This document shows, one piece after another, positions 17,625-24,000 of a stretch of 24,000 nt of DNA. The notes beneath the pieces are model-generated. The model was given only the letters and a program-made list of their open reading frames with translations, was not told the origin of the DNA and did not search any database. Origin of the DNA: Aliivibrio salmonicida LFI1238 (GTDB taxonomy: Bacteria; Pseudomonadota; Gammaproteobacteria; Enterobacterales; Vibrionaceae); assembly GCF_000196495.1 (NCBI RefSeq), contig NC_011312.1, positions 3,185,211-3,209,210 of the forward strand. Direction: 5' to 3'. Each line of letters begins with the position of its first letter. Within the stretch, counting starts at the first letter, position 1. A program made the position numbers and the translations under genes.

Positions 17625-19114
17625 CTACACCTTGTCTTTTACATTCCAAGGTAAAAGTGAATCGATATCTGGCGATCCAACACATAAACGATCTAGACAA
17701 TACCTAATATAATCGTAAGGGATTAATCCGTTTGCCTTTGCTGTTTCTACAATGCTGTAAAGCATTGCACTTGAATCTGCACCAGCCGTTGAACCCGAAA
17801 ATAACCAGTTTTTCCGGCCGATAACAAACGGTTTAACCGCTCGCTCTGCTCGATTGTTATCAATAGATAACAATCCATCATCAATATAACGAACTAATTT
17901 ATCCCATTGATTTAATGTATAGCTAATCGCCTCACCTAATTTTGTTTTAGGTGATACTCGACTAACTGCGCTATCAAGCCAATCACGGAGCTCTTTAAGT
18001 AAATCGCGGGCTTCTGTCTGCCTAGCAACATACTTGGCTTCAGGGGAAGCCTCTTTTAATAACGATTCGATCCGGTATAGCTTTTGGATTTTACTCAATA
18101 CCCAATCTGCACTCCCTGTTTTCCCTTTTACTTGAACACGTTGAGCCTCAATAAATCGTCGACGTGCGTGTGCCCAACAGCCAACTAAAATCGCTTCAGT
18201 TTGTTCATAACCTTGGTAACCATCGGTATGTAAATACCCGTTATAACCTTTTAAAAAGTTAACTGGATGGTAGCCATGCCTACTAGATTGATAATCATAA
18301 AGTACAATTCCAGGCAAAACACCAGAGCCTGGAGAATCATAGCCAGAGCAGTAGACCCACATATAACATTTTGCTTTTTCAACATCCAACACATTTACCG
18401 TTGTTTCATCACAATGCAGAGTGGGTTGTTCAAGCAAAATACGATGTAACTCGTTATTAAGAGGGGTAAATAATACCGAGCATTTTATTAACCAATCCGC
18501 CATCGTTCGCCGTCCAATAATGATACCCCATTGCTGAAATAACGTTTCTTGACGATAAAGTGGAAGACTGTATTGAAATTTAGCCGTAATAATTTGAGCA
18601 AGTAAACTTGCGGTCGCAATCCCTTTAGGGATTGGTGACGCTGGCATTGGGGCTTGTTTAATGTCTACTGAAGTATTGTTTTTTTCACAATTTCGGCAAG
18701 CATATTTAGGACGAACATGTTGAATAACTTCCACTTTAGCTGGTACAAATTCCAACTTTTCACTGATGTCTTTACCCATCGCATGCATCTCTAGACCGCA
18801 ACACTTACAAGTTTTATCTTTTATGTCGTGGATATAATAACAGTACGCGGTAAGTCTTCAGGTAAGCGTTGGCGTTTTGGCTTTTGACGAGTGTAGGTAA
18901 TCGTTTGTGTGTCATCATTTTCAATGATGATTTCTTCTTCTGTTTCATTGAATAAATCAAATTGAGTCGAGTCAGATTCACTGCTTTTACCAAAGCGCTG
19001 ATGTTGAGCCAGCCGAAATTGCTCTAGAAGACGGTTATATTTATTTTCAAGCTGAAGCACAAGTGCTTTCAGCTCGTCAATGGTATCAGGAAGTGGTTTT
19101 ATTTTATCAGTCAT
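17625..19114 (-). pseudogene. tnpC: IS66 tnpC, copy 3, inactivated by a +2 frameshift
   Basis: The track splits it into 97-aa (18821-19114) and 387-aa (17625-18788) pieces. Intact copies read GTTATTATCCACGAC, whereas copy 3 reads GTTATTATATCCACGAC. It also has two synonymous changes (window positions 18282 and 18482). Confidence 0.9.
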
Positions 19115-19185
19115 GTAGATGACTATATAACGATAATACAGGTAATCAATCGGTTGCCTCCTATTCTTGACTGAGAATCAACTAT

Positions 19186-19533
19186 TTAAAGGGTTGTTTG
19201 ATAATGTACCGGTTGATGTCCTAAGATATCAAAACCTTGTAATAGCAGTGTCAGTTGCTGCTCTGATAATGCTAACGTATCGTTATTTATATTTCGTGGC
19301 CATTTGAAGCGGTCTTCATCTAATCGCTTGTACCATAAAGCGAATCCTGTTTTATCCCAATACAATATTTTGAGTTTATCACGAGGCTTATTGCAAAATA
19401 TAAATAGAGCATCACTAAACGGTGATAGTTGCATTTCTTGCTCAACAATCACGACAAGGCCATTAATGGCCTTGCGAAAATCGACAAAATCACGATGAAG
19501 ATAAATGGTGGAAACATCAGTAAATACATTCAT
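19186..19533 (-). CDS. tnpB: IS66 TnpB (orf2), copy 3
   Basis: Protein identical to copy 1. Confidence 0.88.
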   Translation of the reverse strand: MNVFTDVSTIYLHRDFVDFRKAINGLVVIVEQEMQLSPFSDALFIFCNKPRDKLKILYWDKTGFALWYKRLDEDRFKWPRNINNDTLALSEQQLTLLLQGFDILGHQPVHYQTTL

Positions 19534-19844
19534 GATTGATACCCTTTTAATAAGAGTCCTATCCAGTGAGGTTCAGTATTAGCTGGCAATGTTAATCGCA
19601 ATTTTCCGATAGAAAGTTGAATATCTGGTAATTGTGGAGTGGCGATGATAGTTGATGTTAACGCTTCTACTTTCAAGAAAGTAGAAGCGTTAATCTTTTG
19701 TTTCCATCGTGCTTTACGTGCACTAAATGTCTTTGGCAGAATATTATGGTTACGACAAAATTCAGCGGCACTAAGCTTGCTAGATTGCTGAGATTCAAAT
19801 AGAGCGTGCCATTGCTCTGGTGTTCTCTTTTTATCTTTTTGCAT
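19530..19844 (-). CDS. tnpA: IS66 TnpA (orf1), copy 3
   Basis: Protein identical to copies 1 and 2. Confidence 0.85.
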   Translation of the reverse strand: MQKDKKRTPEQWHALFESQQSSKLSAAEFCRNHNILPKTFSARKARWKQKINASTFLKVEALTSTIIATPQLPDIQLSIGKLRLTLPANTEPHWIGLLLKGYQS

Positions 19845-19972
19845 AATTACGTTCTCGTTAAATGAAAGATCGTAAGATACGCATAATGAATTTTATTTGT
19901 TAGGTGTAGTTCCCCGCACGCTTACGTTAGTGTTGGCTTTGAACGGAAATGGAAAATATTTTTGGCTATTCT

Positions 19973-20001
19973 CTTGAAAATAAAATTACTGAGCCGCATA
20001 T
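19973..20001 (+). promoter_or_regulatory. Sigma-32 (heat-shock) promoter of ibpA
   Basis: CTTGAAA (19973-19979), a 14-nt spacer, then CCGCATAT (19994-20001), compared with the consensus CTTGAAA-N13-15-CCCCATNT. Confidence 0.6.
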
Positions 20002-20113
20002 CTAGTTATGAAGAGGATGCCGAAAGGGTCTTTGAAAATGACTTGTCCAAAATGGAAAGTCTTATAATTTGATAGAGTCAACTAAGGACCCATGTTAGGG
20101 GTAGTTGTACTCA

Positions 20114-20136
20114 CTATTGCTTAAAGTAAAGGATAG
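20114..20136 (+). promoter_or_regulatory. ROSE-like RNA thermometer hairpin masking the ibpA Shine-Dalgarno
   Basis: CTATT(G)CTT (20114-20122) pairs with AAGGATAG (20129-20136) around a 6-nt loop. The UUGCU motif with a bulged G sits opposite the Shine-Dalgarno AAGGA, 4 nt before the ATG. This is the hallmark of ROSE-type thermometers described for ibpA. Confidence 0.5.
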
Positions 20137-20140
20137 TATT

Positions 20141-20575
20141 ATGCGCAATGTAGATTTCACTCCACTGTACCGTTCAGCAATTGGTTTTGATCGTCTTTTC
20201 AATCTAATGGAAAATAACACGGCAAAAACAAATGGCGGTTACCCTCCGTACAATATCGAGCAAAAATCAGAACATAACTACCGTATCACCATGGCGGTGG
20301 CGGGTTTTGCTGAAGAACAAATCGATTTGACTCAACACGAAAATATGCTGATTGTGCGTGGTGAACGTCCTGACGCCGATGAAACAAAAACCTACTTATA
20401 CCAAGGTATTGCAGAGCGTAACTTTGAGCGTAAATTCCAGTTAGCGGATTACGTGAAAGTGATGGGCGCAACCATGGAGAATGGTTTACTTCATGTTGAT
20501 TTAGAGCGTGAAATTCCAGAAGCGATGCAACCACGTAAGATTGCCATTAACGGCAGTAATTTACTGGAAAGTTAA
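20141..20575 (+). CDS. ibpA: Small heat-shock protein IbpA (alpha-crystallin family)
   Basis: [26 protein letters not shown]...GGYPPYNIE...[18 protein letters not shown] is colinear with E. coli IbpA. I prefer the ATG at 20141 (good Shine-Dalgarno) to the track's upstream TTG at 20105. Confidence 0.93.
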   Translation: MRNVDFTPLYRSAIGFDRLFNLMENNTAKTNGGYPPYNIEQKSEHNYRITMAVAGFAEEQIDLTQHENMLIVRGERPDADETKTYLYQGIAERNFERKFQLADYVKVMGATMENGLLHVDLEREIPEAMQPRKIAINGSNLLES

Positions 20576-20601
20576 TCGTAGCTTGGTAAGAATTTGAAAT
20601 G

Positions 20602-20617
20602 AAGGCACTGTGATAGT
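20602..20617 (+). terminator. Left half of the ibpA terminator hairpin, split by IS4
   Basis: AAGGCAC + TGTGATAGT ends at the IS4 boundary. Joining it to 22041-22049 and removing one TSD copy restores AAGGCAC-TGTGATA-GTGCCTT-TTTT. Confidence 0.75.
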
Positions 20618-22029
20618 TAATGCCGTTCACTTAAGGGTGAATGGCATTCTTGTTTCTGGCATATCGTTGAGGTCTTGGTTTTACCATTCGAGGGAATGTT
20701 CTTTCCCTTCGCCTATCAAGTATTAAGCTTTCAGCCATCTGGTGGAAGCCTTTTAATTGTCGAGGGATCGCTCCTGGCGTTGAGTATGGTAAACCAACTA
20801 ATAATGCAGATACATGAGCAAGTGTCCCATTAAAACTCAATTGATAAGGGAGATAATTTCCTTTTAAATTAAAGCAAAGCTCTACCATTTGGTAGCGAAT
20901 TAAATTATAAGTCAACAAGATACCCCATAGTTCTTGTTTCACTAATTCAGGCAGACGGCTTCGTAGTGTTAAGCGATTTCCTAACATGTATTGTTTCTGC
21001 TCTCGGTAACCCAATTCTATTTCCCAACGATGCTCATAAAGACCGACTATATCTTTCAATGGGTAACGTAATGGGTCAATCATTGACGTCAGAACTTGAT
21101 AATCTTTTCCTTTAATTTTTCGAGTCACGAGACGAGCAGTCATCGTTTCAGGTAAATTAGAAAACAGTTTTCTTGCTCTTGGGTTACTCCGAAGAATAAC
21201 AAGTTTGTCATTACGACCTAGCGATCGAATTATTTCATATTGAGTATTTTTTTTAAGGGGAATAAGCCAGTGACGCTCTGAGCCTGTCATCTGCCATTTA
21301 TGTAGTAATCCTAATGAATAGAACCCCTTATCGAACATAGTTACGCTATGGTCAGGTGTACTATCTATTAACTTCTCTGCCAATATCATTTCATTTGTAT
21401 TGTAATTATCGAAAGCGCTCGCTGTAATAAGATGACTGCTTAGCTCCATTTGGCAAACCATTCTTACCTGTGGATATTGAGTTCCTTTTTGGCGAGAAAA
21501 AGCCTCTTCATTTTTCTGGTTATCAGGTGCTCTCCATACAACACCATCAACGCCTAAGAGAGTTAGTCCATTCCATTTAGGAAGATTAGCACTCTTAAGC
21601 CAGGAACTTGTCATTCGCTCAAAGACTGCTTTCATTGCTGCTTCACCTAGATTTTTTCGGCGCTGAGTAAGGGCACTAGGAGCGACAAAAGCTTTACCTG
21701 TACGGTCTACAATATCAAGCTGATTAACTAAATCCTTCATGGATTTATTGTTATAGATAGCCATACCAACAAGTAACCATACCATTGATTCAAGAGTAAG
21801 CTTTCGCTTCCTCATCGTCACCGTATCAGTGAGAGAATAAGCCTCATCAATCAGATGGATTGGAAGTAAATCAGCGAGAGTCTCTACGTTGCTAGGTTTC
21901 CAGTCATTGATTATGTTTAGAGCTTGAGAAACATCCATAAAAAAATCCAAGTGCATAAAATACACTTGGATTTTGACATCTAAAAAGGATCGGTCAACCG
22001 ATCATATTTACCTTAAATGATCGGCATTA
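20618..22029 (-). mobile_element. IS4-family insertion sequence (about 1.41 kb)
   Basis: Terminal inverted repeats TAATGCCGTTCACTTAAGG (20618-20636) and TAATGCCGATCATTTAAGG (complement of 22011-22029) match at 17 of 19 positions. The 10-bp direct repeat CTGTGATAGT lies at 20608-20617 and 22031-22040. It can be read as 11 bp with one mismatch if g22030 is included. It has a single IS4-type transposase gene. Confidence 0.92.
20631..21938 (-). CDS. IS4-family DDE transposase
   Basis: Colinear with the E. coli IS4 transposase (InsG) as I recall it: [102 protein letters not shown]. The likely start is the ATG at 21938 (MDVSQAL) rather than the track's 21965. Confidence 0.92.
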   Translation of the reverse strand: MDVSQALNIINDWKPSNVETLADLLPIHLIDEAYSLTDTVTMRKRKLTLESMVWLLVGMAIYNNKSMKDLVNQLDIVDRTGKAFVAPSALTQRRKNLGEAAMKAVFERMTSSWLKSANLPKWNGLTLLGVDGVVWRAPDNQKNEEAFSRQKGTQYPQVRMVCQMELSSHLITASAFDNYNTNEMILAEKLIDSTPDHSVTMFDKGFYSLGLLHKWQMTGSERHWLIPLKKNTQYEIIRSLGRNDKLVILRSNPRARKLFSNLPETMTARLVTRKIKGKDYQVLTSMIDPLRYPLKDIVGLYEHRWEIELGYREQKQYMLGNRLTLRSRLPELVKQELWGILLTYNLIRYQMVELCFNLKGNYLPYQLSFNGTLAHVSALLVGLPYSTPGAIPRQLKGFHQMAESLILDRRRERTFPRMVKPRPQRYARNKNAIHP

Positions 22030-22030
22030 G

Positions 22031-22049
22031 CTGTGATAGTGCCTTTTTT
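22031..22049 (+). terminator. Right half of the split ibpA terminator (TSD copy + GTGCCTT + T-run)
   Basis: CTGTGATAGTGCCTTTTTT. See the feature at 20602-20617. Confidence 0.75.
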
Positions 22050-22074
22050 GTGTCTGCTATTCATGGAATTATTA

Positions 22075-22175
22075 ATTAATGACTCACCGCTTTTCCATCA
22101 CCAATAGATGGCATCGGTAGGAGTGGTTAATTTAGCGATGACAAACAGAATTGTTGATTCCAAAGCGACAAGTCA
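22075..22175. repeat. Intergenic 101-bp direct repeat, unit 1
   Basis: ATTAATGACTCACCGCTTTTCCATCACCAATAGATGG...GATGACAAACAGAATTGTTGATTCCAAAGCGACAAGTCAT. About 80% identical (hand alignment, no gaps) to 22201-22301, with a 126-bp period. Confidence 0.7.
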
Positions 22176-22200
22176 TTATCTGAGTTGATTAGAGCATCGT

Positions 22201-22301
22201 ATTAATGGCTTATTGCTTTTCCATCATCAATAGATGGTATTTGTAAGCGCCGTTAATTTTATGATGACAAACAGAATTGCTGATTCCAAAGCCATGAGTC
22301 A
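22201..22301. repeat. Intergenic 101-bp direct repeat, unit 2
   Basis: ATTAATGGCTTATTGCTTTTCCATCATCAATAGATGG...GATGACAAACAGAATTGCTGATTCCAAAGCCATGAGTCAT. A third partial match (AACTCACCGCTTTTT) lies at 22312-22326, next to the avtA stop codon. Confidence 0.7.
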
Positions 22302-22328
22302 TGAGTACCACAACTCACCGCTTTTTAT

Positions 22329-23576
22329 CTACTTTGAATAGGCCTTTAGCACTTCTTCTGCAATGATATCGATGCCTTTTTGCATCATTTCTTCATCTTG
22401 TACGTAGTTCATACGCAAACATTGGTGAGCGTGATCCCAGCTGTCGTCTTGACCAATAAAGAAATACTCGCCCGGGACGATCAGCACGCCGCGTGCTTTC
22501 AAGCGTTTGTACAGTTCCATGGTTGTGATTGGCAGTTCATCAAACCATAGCCACAAGAAAATCGCGCCTTCAGGTTTATGAATGCGAAAACGAGGATCGG
22601 TAATCGCCGTTTGTAGCATCTTAACCGCTGCTTGAGATTTATGGCGATAGAAAGGTTGGATTACCTCTTCACTTAAACGTAATAAATCACCAGACTCAAT
22701 CATGTGTAAACCCATCGCAGGTCCCATACTTCCCGGCGCTAAACTGATAATGCCATTTAGGTTGGTCATGGCTGCTGTCATCTTTTCGCTGGCAATCACA
22801 ATGCCACAGCGTAAGCCTGGTAAACCTAATTTAGAAAGGCTCATGCAAAGAATGGTGTTTTCATTCCAAAACGGCGTCACTTCTTCAAAAATAATATTAG
22901 GGAAAGGCGTGCCATAAGCATTATCGAGAATTAAGGGAATGTTATTTTCACGCGCAAGCTTATCAAGCTTGATCACTTCATCGTCGGTGATCACGTTGCC
23001 TGTTGGGTTTGTTGGGCGAGAGATACAAATAGCGCCTATGGTGTCATCTACTTTTAATTGGCTAAAATCAACGTGGTATTTGAACTGACCATTATCGAGT
23101 AATTCAATTTCTGGACGGTAAGAAATAAAGCTATCAACTTCTAATTCAGAATCGGCATAACCAATGTATTCAGGCGCGAGGGGCAATAAAATTTTCTTTT
23201 TAGAGCCATCAGCATAAGTTCCCGCTAATAAATTGAATAAGCTAAAGAACGCACTTTGAGAACCATTGGTTAGGCTAATGTTTTTAGAACTGATGTCCCA
23301 ACCATAGGTTTCTTTAAGCAGCTTAGCTAGGGCCTTAACAAAGCTGTCCTTACCTTGTGGGCCGTCATAATTTGCCATAGCAGCGATCAGCTCACCTGAA
23401 TCGAGCATCTTTTGTGAGGCACTTTTAAAGTAGTCGAGCATGGCAGGAATACCCGCAGGGTTACCGCCACCGAGCATGATTGCACCAGGGGTACGCAAGC
23501 CATCATTTAAATCATCCATTAATTGGGTGATCCCGCTGTAACGAGTAAATTTTTCGCCAAATTGAGTAAACTTCAT
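22329..23576 (-). CDS. avtA: Valine--pyruvate aminotransferase (transaminase C)
   Basis: 415 aa, colinear with E. coli AvtA (FGxKFTRxSGITxLMxDLNDGLRTPGAIMLGGGNPA, NYDGPQGK, LTNGSQSAFFxLFNL, LPLAPEYIGYAD, CMSLSKLGLPG, KPEGAIFLWLWF). Confidence 0.92.
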   Translation of the reverse strand: MKFTQFGEKFTRYSGITQLMDDLNDGLRTPGAIMLGGGNPAGIPAMLDYFKSASQKMLDSGELIAAMANYDGPQGKDSFVKALAKLLKETYGWDISSKNISLTNGSQSAFFSLFNLLAGTYADGSKKKILLPLAPEYIGYADSELEVDSFISYRPEIELLDNGQFKYHVDFSQLKVDDTIGAICISRPTNPTGNVITDDEVIKLDKLARENNIPLILDNAYGTPFPNIIFEEVTPFWNENTILCMSLSKLGLPGLRCGIVIASEKMTAAMTNLNGIISLAPGSMGPAMGLHMIESGDLLRLSEEVIQPFYRHKSQAAVKMLQTAITDPRFRIHKPEGAIFLWLWFDELPITTMELYKRLKARGVLIVPGEYFFIGQDDSWDHAHQCLRMNYVQDEEMMQKGIDIIAEEVLKAYSK

Positions 23577-23794
23577 TACGACTACCGTGATAATTAGAGA
23601 GTGGATGTATTGATTGTTTTAACAACATACCTCAACACCAAACAGAGATAAAGCACCAAGATGAGTCGTGTTTTTATATATTCAGCCACAAAGGTGAGGT
23701 GAATTTACACAAAGTGTCTATTTTCACTACTCCCAAAGAGGTCTGCGAGGTATACTTCTTGGTTATATTTATCAACGATCGCGCGAATTAAATT

Positions 23795-24000
23795 ATGCAA
23801 AAATACGATATCAAAACCTTCCAGGGAATGATCCTCGCGCTGCAGGATTATTGGGCACAACAGGGTTGTACGATTGTACAGCCATTAGATATGGAAGTGG
23901 GCGCAGGTACATCTCACCCAATGACATGTCTGCGAGCGCTTGGCCCAGAGCCAATGGCTACCGCTTATGTTCAACCATCTCGTCGTCCTACGGATGGCCG
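23795..24000 (+). CDS. glyQ: Glycine--tRNA ligase alpha subunit, N-terminal 68 codons (runs off the window end)
   Basis: [68 protein letters not shown] is nearly identical in pattern to the E. coli GlyQ N-terminus. Confidence 0.93.
   Translation, partial: MQKYDIKTFQGMILALQDYWAQQGCTIVQPLDMEVGAGTSHPMTCLRALGPEPMATAYVQPSRRPTDG

Larger units (their letters stand above)
17609..19925 (-). mobile_element. IS66-family insertion sequence, copy 3 (2,317 bp, inverted), no TSD, tnpC frameshifted
   Basis: Same 24-bp inverted repeats (17609-17632 and 19902-19925). It is 2 bp longer than copies 1 and 2 because of a TA insertion near 18833-18836. The flanks AATCAAAC (17601-17608) and GTTAGTGT (19926-19933) do not match. 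Confidence 0.95.

Noticed and set aside
18788-18850. Programmed ribosomal frameshift in copy 3 tnpC
   Set aside because: Copies 1 and 2 encode the same protein in one continuous frame. The copy 3 split is caused by a 2-bp insertion absent from the others, so it is a mutation or sequencing indel rather than recoding.
3277-19925. A single inversion between copy 1 and the inverted copy 3 as the explanation for both missing TSDs
   Set aside because: Under that model CCAGCAAG should equal the reverse complement of AATCAAAC (GTTTGATT). Likewise, the reverse complement of TAACTAGG (CCTAGTTA) should equal GTTAGTGT. Neither pair matches.
22130-22303. Small ORFs on the minus strand of the 101-bp repeats (MTHGFGISNSVCHHKINGAYKYHLLMMEKQ in unit 2; MTCRFGINNSVCHR-stop in unit 1)
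   Set aside because: Differences between the two units fall about 7, 9 and 3 times at codon positions 1, 2 and 3, so there is no third-position bias. Unit 1 has an in-frame stop and neither ORF has a convincing Shine-Dalgarno. Coding is not supported.
22075-22326. CRISPR array or integron attC (VCR-like) interpretation of the 126-bp periodic repeats
   Set aside because: There are only two full units at about 80% identity, far longer than CRISPR repeats. There is no spacer/repeat alternation and no GTTRRRY core sites or imperfect dyad typical of attC. No cas or intI gene is nearby.

Overview
This window is AT-rich chromosomal DNA of Vibrionaceae type (GC judged by eye, not computed). The taxon is inferred only from protein similarity and gene order. 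It carries ordinary housekeeping genes: typA and glnA (divergent), asnC, rsmJ, uspA, ftnA, uspB, yhiN, a DTW/tapT gene, eda, ibpA, avtA and glyQ. Insertion sequences have heavily remodelled it. There are three nearly identical copies of a 2,315-bp IS66-family element (tnpA-tnpB-tnpC, 24-bp perfect terminal inverted repeats beginning GTAAGCG) at 3277-5591 (+), 11844-14158 (+) and 17609-19925 (-). One IS4-family element sits at 20618-22029. IS66 copy 2 is a clean insertion with an 8-bp duplication, and it splits a FIST / degenerate-GGDEF / EAL signalling gene at the GGDEF-EAL linker. Copies 1 and 3 have no matching flanks and sit at synteny breakpoints. Copy 1 truncates a DUF4124 gene and appears to separate glnA from the expected ntrBC. 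Copy 3 abuts an orphan EAL 3' fragment on one side and the ibpA heat-shock promoter on the other, and its tnpC carries a 2-bp frameshift. The IS4 landed in the loop of the ibpA terminator hairpin. Recognisable regulatory sites include an NtrC palindrome plus a sigma-54 promoter for glnA, and a sigma-32 promoter plus a ROSE-like thermometer hairpin for ibpA. I found no CRISPR array, defence island, toxin-antitoxin pair or convincing novel multi-gene system. The most unusual signals are the IS66 behaviour around two EAL domains and a pair of diverged 101-bp direct repeats between ibpA and avtA whose function I cannot assign.
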